Made by a program: the position numbers and the translations under genes
Assembly: GCA_017303715.1 (NCBI GenBank)
Contig: JAFLBZ010000014.1
Location: 3,708-67,707, forward strand
Reading direction: 5' to 3'
DNA: 64,000 bases
Source: Rhodothermia bacterium
GTDB taxonomy: Bacteria > Bacteroidota > Rhodothermia > Rhodothermales > UBA2364
Notes under the pieces: model-generated
Database searches by the model: none
The model's input: only the letters and a program-made list of their open reading frames with translations
What the model was told of the DNA's origin: nothing
Part shown: positions 54,287 through 63,599 of the stretch, one piece after another
How positions within the stretch are numbered: position 1 is the first letter of the stretch
How the letters are laid out: each line of letters opens with the position of its first letter

Positions 54287-54989
54287 TGTTCATTTTGTCT
54301 AATTCTTTTACAAAAAACTGACGGGTTTTTTCGGTCAATTCGTTTACATGTTTCGCCTCTAAACCAGCGGTCGGGATAGGAGGGTAGCATTTCAGAATAA
54401 TTTCACCAGCATGAAGACGGTTGAAGTTCAGACGGTTACTATAAGTTGAACTTAACACGGGAACGAGAGGAACCTGTGCCTCTATGGCTGTGAAAAAAGC
54501 ACCTTTCTTAAAAGCCCCTAAGCCTCGTCCACGGCTTCGGGTTCCTTCTGGAAACATGGCTAAGGAGATGTTACGGTCTTGGATTTGTTGTGCCGCTTGC
54601 CCCATGCGCGAGGTGGACTTGGAGCGGTTTTGGCGGTTGAGGATAACATTGCCGGCCAACCAATAGACCAAACCGAAAATTGGAATATAGATGATCTCTT
54701 TTTTCCCAACCGAGACCGTCCGCTTGGGGACAAAGGAACCCCATAAAAACATGTCCCAGTTGGATTGGTGGTTGCCGATAATGATGTTGGGCTGTTGCTG
54801 GGTAATGTATTCAGGATTAATCATGCGCACGCGAATGCCCAAGATACGTTTAAAGCCGTTTCCTAAAAGGCGTGCAAGAACATAGGTGTTTTCAGGATTT
54901 ACGGGGCGAAAGAGGCAATAAAAAATCCCCAGAAACGACACGATTGCGCTATAAAGCCCAAAAACAACCAAACGCGGGTACTTTAGCAT
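54264..54989 (-). CDS. plsC: 1-acyl-sn-glycerol-3-phosphate acyltransferase
   Basis: GNHQSNWD (HX4D) and MFPEGTRS motifs. Confidence 0.85.
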   Translation of the reverse strand: MLKYPRLVVFGLYSAIVSFLGIFYCLFRPVNPENTYVLARLLGNGFKRILGIRVRMINPEYITQQQPNIIIGNHQSNWDMFLWGSFVPKRTVSVGKKEIIYIPIFGLVYWLAGNVILNRQNRSKSTSRMGQAAQQIQDRNISLAMFPEGTRSRGRGLGAFKKGAFFTAIEAQVPLVPVLSSTYSNRLNFNRLHAGEIILKCYPPIPTAGLEAKHVNELTEKTRQFFVKELDKMNNGEYTAP

Positions 54990-55029
54990 AAGGAAATTAG
55001 CATAAGGAAAAAGGTTGAGGGATAACGCC

Positions 55030-55989
55030 TTATTTTGTCAAGGCATCTAGTTGCTGCATGAGGTCTGGCGTCAGTTTAGGTAATACATCTAAGGCCCGAA
55101 GATTCTCGGTTAGTTGGCCTACCCGCGAAGCACCCAGAATTACGGTGCTTACATTTGGGTTCTTGAGACACCACGCAATGGACAAATGGCTCATGGGTAT
55201 GCCGGCTTCGTTGGCCAATTTCTCGATGGCAATGGTTTTGTTCAAATTGTTTTGCTGCATCATCAAATCGCGCAACCACCCCAAGTCTTTGTTTGTAACG
55301 CGAGCATCTTCTGGAATGCCGTTGTTGTATTTTCCGGTAAGGAGGCCAGAAGCCAAGGGAGACCAAATGGTCGTGCCCATCTTATAGGTTTGGAAAAGGT
55401 GGGCGTACTCTTGCTCCATGCGTTTGCGAGACAAGAGGTTGTATTGGGGCTGCTCCATCACCGGAGCGATCAAGTGGTCGCGGGCAGCCACAAGATGCGC
55501 CTCCATAATCAGGTCTGCGGGCCATTCAGAGGTGCCCCAGTAAAGAATTTTGCCCTGCTGGATGAGGTGGGTCATCGTCCATACAATTTCCTCCATAGGC
55601 GTCTCTGGGTCTGGCCGATGGCAGAAATAGAGGTCTAAATAATCCACTTGTAGGCGTTTGAGGGCTGCATGGCAGGCTTCGACCAAGTGCTTCCGGCTGA
55701 GTCCGGTTTGGTTGGGCAATTTACCACCATCTCCAAAAAACACCTTGCTGGAGACCATATATGAAGAACGATCCCAGTTTTGGTTGTGGAGGATGCGTCC
55801 CATAACCCGTTCCGAGTTTCCATTTGCATAGCCTTCTGCATTGTCAAAAAAATTCACGCCGGCTTCATAGGCATGAACCATAAGGGCTTCTGCCACATCA
55901 TCCGAGATTTGATTGCCAAAGGTGAGCCATGAGCCAAGGGAAAGGGCACTTACTTTTAGGCCCGATTTGCCGAGTTTGCGGTATTCCAT
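55030..55989 (-). CDS. aldo/keto reductase (Kv-beta-like subfamily)
   Basis: 319 aa. MEYRKLGKSGLKVSALSLGSW, FDNAEGY, YLDLYFCHRPD, and WGTSEW. Confidence 0.85.
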   Translation of the reverse strand: MEYRKLGKSGLKVSALSLGSWLTFGNQISDDVAEALMVHAYEAGVNFFDNAEGYANGNSERVMGRILHNQNWDRSSYMVSSKVFFGDGGKLPNQTGLSRKHLVEACHAALKRLQVDYLDLYFCHRPDPETPMEEIVWTMTHLIQQGKILYWGTSEWPADLIMEAHLVAARDHLIAPVMEQPQYNLLSRKRMEQEYAHLFQTYKMGTTIWSPLASGLLTGKYNNGIPEDARVTNKDLGWLRDLMMQQNNLNKTIAIEKLANEAGIPMSHLSIAWCLKNPNVSTVILGASRVGQLTENLRALDVLPKLTPDLMQQLDALTK

Positions 55990-56071
55990 ATGGTATATAA
56001 AAGTGTGTTAAGTGCAAAAAATATAAAGGTATAAGTAATTGGAAAGTCAACAAAAATGAAGAACCAACGCT

Positions 56072-56362
56072 TTAAATAGCATCAGGGGCCTCTTTTAGGT
56101 AGTGGTCAATTCTGGTTTCGATCTCGTTTTTCAACCAAGCATCTGTTACAGGAACATAAAAGGGGATTTTTGCCGTTATTTTTAATTTTTGCGCATCAAA
56201 GACCACAGTTCCATCAATACCCATTTTGTTAAAATGCACAGTATCGCCTTTCCAAGTAGTGGTCAGTTCCAACTCCGCCGATAGTTTGTGAATCACATAT
56301 TGCATTTTTTTGCGCATTTGCTCCAAGGTATAAGAATGGGAGCGCTCAATGACGATTGCCAT
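56072..56362 (-). CDS. polyhydroxyalkanoic-acid-system-family small protein
   Basis: 96 aa. The pattern I.ERSHS......+.....I...L..E......W.G.T..F...G..G......Q.L.I.AK. matches my recollection of this family. Confidence 0.55.
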   Translation of the reverse strand: MAIVIERSHSYTLEQMRKKMQYVIHKLSAELELTTTWKGDTVHFNKMGIDGTVVFDAQKLKITAKIPFYVPVTDAWLKNEIETRIDHYLKEAPDAI

Positions 56363-56440
56363 AGGGAAAAGGTTTTGGTTAGGGGAATTGGTGAATATAC
56401 GGACACAAAGACGAATTACCTGCTTGACATAAGGGGAATT

Positions 56441-57658
56441 TTAGCCGAACGTAATAAAGTATTGCAATACTCCTGTAATAAACCCTAATATACCACCAAT
56501 CATGATGAGTTTGGTTTCGTCTTCTTGAAAGGCTGGCCGGAGGAAATCTTGGAACGAGGTGGAAGAAAGTTCTTTTACACGGGTAGAAAGCATGTTTTTG
56601 AGCAAATTGGCTTCTTGGCGCTTAAACTCGGTATCCCCCAAGGCAGAGGCCGTAAGCGAAATCACACGGTCGGATGCGGCTTCTTTCATATGGATATAAT
56701 GTTCCAAGCCCACGACCCATTGGACGACGGGCTTGGCAATTCCGGCGACGTCATCCACTATATTCCGGATGTAGGTTCGGATGATAATTTGCGTTCGATC
56801 GGATTTTGGGCCATAGAGTAGGTTCTGGATTACATTTTCGACGGTCAGAATATCGTTTGCAATAATCTCAGACCATGTGACGGCGACCGAGGGCTGTCTC
56901 TTGAGGAAAAGCCCTTGTAGGACATAAGACCCAATCTGAATGGGGTTTAGCGGCTGGAATATAATCCGTAGGGCTACCCAGTTGGTCGCAAATCCTACGA
57001 AAATACCCCAAACGGGCAGTTGCCACCAAGCTGGATAGAGCCACCAAGCCAGCATTTGTAACAAACCAAAGAAGAAGCCAAGTACGGCTCCTGAATAGAT
57101 GATAAAGTCGAATTCTTTTTGACCACAGGAGAGAAAAATCCGATTAATAATCGAACGGTCTTTTAAAACCTGATGCAGAACCAAGTGATGGACGTCCAAT
57201 ATTTGTTCTACATTCAAAGAGATGTCTTGCATCATCCGATGGACGGTAGCGGGAAGTTGCAGGCGTACTTCCTCAATAATGCGGTTTTTCGCTACTTCAG
57301 GCAGCACTTCCCAGACAGTTGGGTTTTCACGTAGGATGATTTCTTCGATATAGAAAGGCAGTTGGCGATCAATGATGGTGGCGATATGTGCTGCAATTTT
57401 ATCGGGATCCATTGCATTGAACAGTTCTTTCACTGTTCCCACCTTGTTCAACGTGTTATTGGTGGTAATACGGGCCATTTTCTCGGCTCTTGCAGGCAGA
57501 ATGCCGACCCAGCCCAGAAATGGCGGTTTCCCAATCGGTTTTATCGGATAAAAAAGCATCTGGATGGCGATCCAATTGGTGAACCAACCCACAAATGCTG
57601 CTACAAAGGGGATGCTAAAATATTGCCAGAAGGCGGGGTTGCTCAATACATCGAGCAT
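56441..57658 (-). CDS. DUF445-family membrane protein
   Basis: 405 aa. N- and C-terminal TM helices with a long soluble middle. FVAAFVGWFTNWIAIQMLFYP resembles the DUF445 N-terminal signature. Confidence 0.6.
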   Translation of the reverse strand: MLDVLSNPAFWQYFSIPFVAAFVGWFTNWIAIQMLFYPIKPIGKPPFLGWVGILPARAEKMARITTNNTLNKVGTVKELFNAMDPDKIAAHIATIIDRQLPFYIEEIILRENPTVWEVLPEVAKNRIIEEVRLQLPATVHRMMQDISLNVEQILDVHHLVLHQVLKDRSIINRIFLSCGQKEFDFIIYSGAVLGFFFGLLQMLAWWLYPAWWQLPVWGIFVGFATNWVALRIIFQPLNPIQIGSYVLQGLFLKRQPSVAVTWSEIIANDILTVENVIQNLLYGPKSDRTQIIIRTYIRNIVDDVAGIAKPVVQWVVGLEHYIHMKEAASDRVISLTASALGDTEFKRQEANLLKNMLSTRVKELSSTSFQDFLRPAFQEDETKLIMIGGILGFITGVLQYFITFG

Positions 57659-57739
57659 ATTGGGTGATGGAAAGCAGGGTTATGAAGGTCGCAATAAGGT
57701 CGTATATAATTAAGGATGTTAAAAATACAAAAGAGTTGA

Positions 57740-58480
57740 TTATCGGAAAAGGAAAAGTTGCGATAAGTTGACCTCAACATTCAGGGATATGTGTGAGACC
57801 TGATAAATTTGCCGTCCTTGTACACCCGGAGTGAAGACGGAAATTTGGAATGGGAACAACAAACCCTTAACGTCCCTGTAATCGCTAAACCACGTTGCCA
57901 CGACCGATCCATCGTTCAAAGGAGTTTCTGTGGCAATCAAGAGTAGGTTTTGGCGATCGTAATAGCGGGTGAAGGTGTTGTTTTTGCGGGCGTAAACTAC
58001 CTTGAATACCCGTTTGTTGTTGAAAAAAGTTCGTTCAAATTGCATAATTTCCACGTCTTCGTCTTCTAATAAGGCGAGTTCTTCTTTGGCTTGTAACAGA
58101 GAAAGCCCATCATCTTTTGGAACCAACGATTTTTTACCGTCTTGTTCGATCCATGCCTTCTCTGGCGTATAGCGTAGTTTATACGTTTCGCGGATACCAC
58201 CATTCAGGACTTGCTGTTCCACATAGCGGTAGCCGGGGAATTTGGAAATGGAAATCCGGAGTCCTTCCAAGTCGGTTTCGTCAATCTTGCCGGAAATTTG
58301 GGCTTCCAAACGAATGGAGTTTACCTGACGCCAGCGTTCTTCGCCGCCCGTAATATCCAAGTTTGCCCGAAACAAGTCTTCGGCACTGTCTAAGTAATAG
58401 GTGCGGGTTTGTGCATGAAGCGATAGCGGGAGAATGGCGAATACCAAAATCTGCTTTAGGAAAGTACGAAAGAGATACAT
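57740..58480 (-). CDS. hypothetical secreted protein
   Basis: 246 aa. Signal peptide FAILPLSLHAQ. No motif recognised. Confidence 0.5.
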   Translation of the reverse strand: MYLFRTFLKQILVFAILPLSLHAQTRTYYLDSAEDLFRANLDITGGEERWRQVNSIRLEAQISGKIDETDLEGLRISISKFPGYRYVEQQVLNGGIRETYKLRYTPEKAWIEQDGKKSLVPKDDGLSLLQAKEELALLEDEDVEIMQFERTFFNNKRVFKVVYARKNNTFTRYYDRQNLLLIATETPLNDGSVVATWFSDYRDVKGLLFPFQISVFTPGVQGRQIYQVSHISLNVEVNLSQLFLFR

Positions 58481-58486
58481 TATATA

Positions 58487-60385
58487 TTATAGGGTCTTAG
58501 GTTCATCATTAAATGTGCAATGAACGGGAGGAGTCCATTGCCATATGGCGTTACAAAGCCGAATTTCGTCTGCTTGTACCAAATCCTCAAGCGTGAGGTC
58601 TGCCTCGCTTGCCTTGGTGTGAGGTTGTGCCAGCACAAATTGCCGATATATCCCCGGTAATGCACCCGATTGGCATCTTGGTGTGAGCCAATGGCCATTC
58701 TTTCGGATAAAAATAGTTGAACGCGAGCCTTCCGTAACCAAGTTATCTTCATTGAGGAAAATGACCTCAAAGAATCCGGCCTTTACTGCACGGGCATACT
58801 CAGCTTCGTAGAGGGATCGCTGTGTGGTTTTATGTTGATAAAACGGATCTGAAGCGGATGTTCGTACAGGGGAGATACAAATTTTAGGTGGATTTTGCCA
58901 TTGGGGCTGTTGTGCGATGGGCTGTGCGGTGTACTTGAAGTGACCATGTTCGTTAAGCGATATGCGTAAACGAGTGGGTTTTTGGGGTTTTTCGGTAGCG
59001 ATAAATGTCTCAATAACTTCAAGGAAGTGTTGTTTTTGGAATGGGATCTGGAAATAAGCCGCCGATTTTTCCATACGTGCTACATGATAAGGGAGCAGGG
59101 GAGCACCATTGTCCCAGCGCATGGTTTCGAAAAGTTCGATCGGTTTTGCGGGTGGGTCGGTTAAAAATCGGGCTTTTAGCAAGCATTCGTCATACTCGTC
59201 GCTGGCGTTGGAATCCCAGACCACGCCGCTTCCTACACCTAAACTGCCTTTGTCGTGTTGTATAGTAATCGTCCGTATTGCTACACTGAAAACGGCTTTT
59301 TGGTTTGGTGAGACGTAGCCAATTGCGCCACAATATAGGCCACGCGGGTTTGGCTCAAGGGCGGCGATCCGTTGCATAGCACGTTGTTTGGGCGCACCTG
59401 TTACCGACCCACAAGGAAACATTGCTTTAAATATCTTGGAATAAGGCGTGTTTTCCACCAATTTTCCTGTGATAGTAGAGGTCATTTGGTGAAGGCTACG
59501 GTAGGTTTCGATGTCGAAAAGGGATTGAGTGAGGACACTCGCGGGTTCACAAATCTGTGAAAGATCATTACGGAGAAGATCCACGATCATGAGGTTTTCC
59601 GCACGGGATTTCTCGTCGTTTTGTAAATACTGGGTTTGTAAAAGGTCTTCTGCAACGTTCCGGCCCCGTTGAGTGGTTCCCTTCATCGGACGTGTGGTAA
59701 TCTTTTGGCCGTCTATCTCAAAAAAAAGTTCTGGGGAAAGGCTCAGGAATGTCTCGGTTTCGGTTTGGAGGAAGGCACTATACCCCACTGCCTGCTTCTG
59801 GCGGAGGCTTTTATAAAAAGCAAAAACATCTCCCTCAAAATCAAATTGCATTTGTCCGGTGAGGTTGATTTGATAAACATCTCCTTCTTGGATGAGGGTG
59901 CGAATTTTCTCAATTTGCTGGGTGTACGGTACTCTTGACCAACTAAATACTGGCCTTCCGGCATAAAATGGAGCTTCATGTGTTGCGTCAAATGCTCGTT
60001 GAGGTCTTGTATAAACGCCAAACCATGCCAAAGTCTCTGGCAAAACAGGCTTTGGCGATACCGAGACAAAGGCGTACCCTGCTTCATAACTCAAAAATCC
60101 GGCAACAAAATAACCATTATTAACTGCCCGATCCACCTCTTCGAGAAGGGGAACTACTTGGTCTAAGTGGGTTGCCTTCAGTTGCGCAATAGGGTTTTGA
60201 AAGCATAAAAGACGATCCCCTTGGGCCAATGGATGGGTGGTCTCAAGTAGAATCGTTCCCGGAAGATGTGTCATACCCGCTTTTTTTTCATAATTTAAGC
60301 GCAGGAGCAGCCTTTTTTGAAGTTCTTCGTTTAGATTCAGCAGAGGATATTGTGGGATAAAAAAAGAGCCGATGTGGCTCCACAT
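58487..60385 (-). CDS. pabB: aminodeoxychorismate synthase component I fused to an aminodeoxychorismate lyase-like (class IV) domain
   Basis: Chorismate-binding blocks (YQINLTGQ, LSPELFFE, MKGT..RG, FPCGSVTGAPK, RGLYCGAIGY), then a C-terminal fold-type-IV region (NEDNLVTEGSRSTIF, GALPGIYR). An alternative start at 60274 is possible. Confidence 0.85.
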   Translation of the reverse strand: MWSHIGSFFIPQYPLLNLNEELQKRLLLRLNYEKKAGMTHLPGTILLETTHPLAQGDRLLCFQNPIAQLKATHLDQVVPLLEEVDRAVNNGYFVAGFLSYEAGYAFVSVSPKPVLPETLAWFGVYTRPQRAFDATHEAPFYAGRPVFSWSRVPYTQQIEKIRTLIQEGDVYQINLTGQMQFDFEGDVFAFYKSLRQKQAVGYSAFLQTETETFLSLSPELFFEIDGQKITTRPMKGTTQRGRNVAEDLLQTQYLQNDEKSRAENLMIVDLLRNDLSQICEPASVLTQSLFDIETYRSLHQMTSTITGKLVENTPYSKIFKAMFPCGSVTGAPKQRAMQRIAALEPNPRGLYCGAIGYVSPNQKAVFSVAIRTITIQHDKGSLGVGSGVVWDSNASDEYDECLLKARFLTDPPAKPIELFETMRWDNGAPLLPYHVARMEKSAAYFQIPFQKQHFLEVIETFIATEKPQKPTRLRISLNEHGHFKYTAQPIAQQPQWQNPPKICISPVRTSASDPFYQHKTTQRSLYEAEYARAVKAGFFEVIFLNEDNLVTEGSRSTIFIRKNGHWLTPRCQSGALPGIYRQFVLAQPHTKASEADLTLEDLVQADEIRLCNAIWQWTPPVHCTFNDEPKTL

Positions 60386-60452
60386 TCCACACCGGCTGTC
60401 CCACCATTATGTTTTAAAGACGTGTAGATAAGAGAAAGGTCTAAAGCAACTA

Positions 60453-62489
60453 TTGCTTTGCGTATTAAGTTTAAAAAAGTTAAGAACTGTTTGTCACAAA
60501 ATTGTCACAAAATTGTTGCAAAATTATAATTTCGGAAGCGCTTCCGAAAAAAATGATCTTCAGCGAATCCTGAAAGAAGTCTGGGGTTTTGAAGCCTTGC
60601 GGATAGGTCAAGAGGAAGTGGTGCGCAATGTGGTCGCGGGGCACGACGTCTTGGCCGTTTTACCAACAGGTGGCGGTAAATCACTCTGTTATCAACTGCC
60701 GGCGTTGTGGTACCCTGATGGGTTAACGCTGGTTGTTTCGCCATTAATCGCGCTGATGCAAGACCAAGTACAGCAGTTGCAAGACCGAGGTGTACGTGCG
60801 GCAGCCCTTCATAGCGGGTTAAAGCACCACGAAATAGACCAGATTTTGACGAATGCAGAGCATGGTTTGCTCCGGCTCTTGTATGTATCTCCGGAGCGTT
60901 TAAAAACCGAAATGTTCCTGATGCGGGCTTCTCGTTTGGCGGTTCGGCTATTGGCGGTTGACGAGGCGCATTGTATTTCTGAATGGGGCGAGCATTTCCG
61001 GCCAGCTTATCGTTTGATCAAAGAAACAAGAGAGGCTTTGGGTATGCCACCCATAATAGCAGTTACGGCCACTGCTACGCCCATTGTTCGCAAAGAAATT
61101 CGGACGTATTTAGGGCTTACCGAGCCCAAGGAAATTGTCAATGGCTTCGATCGTCCAAACATTAGTTGGAGTGTTTTTAAGACCGACCGGAAACGGGAAA
61201 AAGTGAGTGACATTATAAACAAGGTGGCCGGAAATGGAATTATTTATGCCAGTACTCGGCAACGGGTAGAGGAGTGGGCAACATGGTTACGTGATGAGGG
61301 GATTGCCGCCGAGGCATACCATGCTGGAATGTCGAACGTGTTGAGAGAGAAGGCGCAAGAGGCTTGGATGCGGGGGAAGGCACGTATTATGGTGGCAACC
61401 AATGCGTTTGGAATGGGTATAGACAAGCCAGATGTTCGCTTTGTGGTTCATGTGGATTTACCGGCAACGATCGAGGCGTACTATCAAGAAGCTGGTCGCG
61501 CTGGACGTGATGGGCAAAAAAGTTTTGCGATTTTGCTCTGGGATCAGCAGGATGTGAAAATACAAGAGGGCATGATCGAAGAAGGATATCCCTCGGCAGC
61601 AGACATTCAAAAGGTGTATGAAGGATTTTGTGCATTGGCACAAGTGGCAATTGGTTCGCTTCCCGATGCGCCCTTGATGGTACAGATGGAGCGATTACAA
61701 GAGGTTTCTGGATTTTCCGCCACCAAAATTCGACAGGCCCTGCAAAGTTTAGTGCATCATTCGGTACTACGGTCGGTACCAGTGCGCAAAAATCAGGGAC
61801 AAATCCGGTTTTTACAACCTATCGAAACCATAAGGGGTTATGCGCAAACGCTGGAAAACGAGAAACTTGGGGCTTTTTTACTGACGATACTTAGATCGGT
61901 GAATGCGGAAGCTTTTTCGGGTTGGTACGGGTTGGATGTTTCTATTTTGGCTAAAAGAACAGGATTGTCTAATGAGCGGGTGGAAAAAGGGCTGTACTTT
62001 TTTGCATCGCGTAGCCTCCTTGCTTGGGTTCCGGCAGATGGTGCCCTCCGGTTTGAGCTTGCGGAGGCACGAACGGAGCGCTTGCTTTTGGCGGTTAACG
62101 AACTCACTGCCTCTAAAAAGAGGGCTTTGGTACGGCTAAAACACATGATTCGATTTGCGAAGCATGTTGGATGCCGTCGCTATTTCCTGCTTTCGTACTT
62201 TGGCGAGCGGGCTTCTTTGAATTGCGGAAAGTGTGACCATTGTTTGGGGAGGCATAAACCAGAGGCTATAACACCCGATGATGAGCCGCATCTAAAGCAA
62301 ATTTTACGATATGCTGCCGATCAAACGCCGCAAGAAGTATGGGACGCATTTCGGGAACTCCCCGATGGGCGGGTAGAGGGGCTTGTCGAGTGGCTTTTGC
62401 ATGAAGGATGGGTGGGGGTTAAGGAACCGCTTCGAGGGACATTTCATCTTACAGCTAAAGCATTGAAAAAAATGGATTGGTGGAAGTAA
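60453..62489 (+). CDS. recQ: ATP-dependent DNA helicase RecQ
   Basis: PTGGGKSLCYQLPAL, VDEAHCISEWGEHFRPAY, ATATP, YYQEAGRAGRDG, and the zinc/RQC region CRRYFLLSYFGE...CGKCDHC. The start is uncertain. The TTG at 60453 is the ORF-track call, and TTG at 60513 or 60516 is equally possible. Confidence 0.9.
   Translation: MLCVLSLKKLRTVCHKIVTKLLQNYNFGSASEKNDLQRILKEVWGFEALRIGQEEVVRNVVAGHDVLAVLPTGGGKSLCYQLPALWYPDGLTLVVSPLIALMQDQVQQLQDRGVRAAALHSGLKHHEIDQILTNAEHGLLRLLYVSPERLKTEMFLMRASRLAVRLLAVDEAHCISEWGEHFRPAYRLIKETREALGMPPIIAVTATATPIVRKEIRTYLGLTEPKEIVNGFDRPNISWSVFKTDRKREKVSDIINKVAGNGIIYASTRQRVEEWATWLRDEGIAAEAYHAGMSNVLREKAQEAWMRGKARIMVATNAFGMGIDKPDVRFVVHVDLPATIEAYYQEAGRAGRDGQKSFAILLWDQQDVKIQEGMIEEGYPSAADIQKVYEGFCALAQVAIGSLPDAPLMVQMERLQEVSGFSATKIRQALQSLVHHSVLRSVPVRKNQGQIRFLQPIETIRGYAQTLENEKLGAFLLTILRSVNAEAFSGWYGLDVSILAKRTGLSNERVEKGLYFFASRSLLAWVPADGALRFELAEARTERLLLAVNELTASKKRALVRLKHMIRFAKHVGCRRYFLLSYFGERASLNCGKCDHCLGRHKPEAITPDDEPHLKQILRYAADQTPQEVWDAFRELPDGRVEGLVEWLLHEGWVGVKEPLRGTFHLTAKALKKMDWWK
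60491..60523 (+). repeat. three tandem 11-bp repeats (ttgtcacaaaa x2, then ttgttgcaaaa) at the 5' end of recQ
   Basis: Read directly. The period is one helical turn. The repeats lie inside the ORF-track N-terminal extension of recQ, so they are probably promoter or operator sequence rather than coding. Confidence 0.6.
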
Positions 62490-62755
62490 ATGGTGTCCGG
62501 TTTCAGGTGCTCCCATTCTTATTGGGACAAAGTGGCTAACTGGCACATGTAACCGAAGCCAAAGCGTTAAAATCTAACGACGTTTTCGTTTGGCAACTCA
62601 CGAGATTTCTAAATTAGAGGATTTGAAAGGTATTTGTGCCTATGGTAAGGAAATTCTGTGATGTGTTTCTTTAGGAAATAAGCTTAATTTGAAGGATTTA
62701 ATTCGTTTAATAACAATAATTTAGTGTGGTTAATGGTTGTTAAGTTGTGGACGAT

Positions 62756-62793
62756 CAAGTGAGAATGATGAAAACAAGTGAGAATGATGAAAA
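62756..62793. repeat. tandem duplication, 2 x 19 bp (caagtgagaatgatgaaaa)
   Basis: Read directly in the ~600-bp AT-rich intergenic region. It is flanked by 17-bp direct repeats taataacaataatttag at 62709 and 62851. Confidence 0.85.
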
Positions 62794-63103
62794 AATCTTG
62801 TGATTGTAAATTCAGCGGAAATTAGGCCAATTTATAGGTTTTAAATTTATTAATAACAATAATTTAGAACCCTAAACTTACGCTGAAGAGAAATCTTCGT
62901 GCCTGATGTGTATAAGTCCTTGTTAGGATTAGGATACATTATTCCTTGTACATATGAACTATATTTTAGATGTTCTGACGAAGATGATTTGATCTTACAC
63001 ATTCTTTTCACCAAGAAATCCCAAAAATATGGTAATTTCCACGTCAATCCGCAGAACAACATTACGCTTTTTGGCTTTTGGAGACCCCAATATCAACTTT
63101 TCC

Positions 63104-63580
63104 ATGCGTTTTTTGGTGGTTTTTTTCATGGTGGGGCTATTTCTGACTGGGTGTCAGCGTACACAAAAATTGAACAAGCCGGAGGTGGGTATAGTGTCCG
63201 TGAAAGACGTTCTTCCTGAAATGCCTTCTTCTCCACAGTCACCAAAGCCTGTGAAAGCCAACAAGAATGAGACAGAAAAGCCAAAAAATGTTTATTCGGA
63301 GACGGCCAAAACCACCGATGGGACTAAATATGGCCAACCGGAGGCGGGAATGGCGCTTCTGCGGATAACCGTTGCCGATGTTTCGGGTACGCCCGTTCGG
63401 GCGACAATTGCTTTTGAGCGGGGGATAACCTATGGATACCGGCTTTTTAGGCAGGTTCCACCCGGTGTTTATCGCTTGGAGGCTATGGCTACGGGCTATA
63501 AGCCGAAACGTCAAACGATTACTGTTTTGTCTGGCCAAGTGGTGAACCAAACATTATTCCTTGAAAAAGAAAAGCTATAA
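63104..63580 (+). CDS. lipoprotein with a carboxypeptidase-regulatory-like (CarboxypepD_reg) domain
   Basis: The ATG at 63104 gives MRFLVVFFMVGLFLTGC (lipobox). The C-terminal part has LRITVADVSGTPVRATIAF...VPPGVYRLEAMATGYKPKRQTITV. Confidence 0.65.
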   Translation: MRFLVVFFMVGLFLTGCQRTQKLNKPEVGIVSVKDVLPEMPSSPQSPKPVKANKNETEKPKNVYSETAKTTDGTKYGQPEAGMALLRITVADVSGTPVRATIAFERGITYGYRLFRQVPPGVYRLEAMATGYKPKRQTITVLSGQVVNQTLFLEKEKL

Positions 63581-63599
63581 GTCATTAATTTATAAAGAT

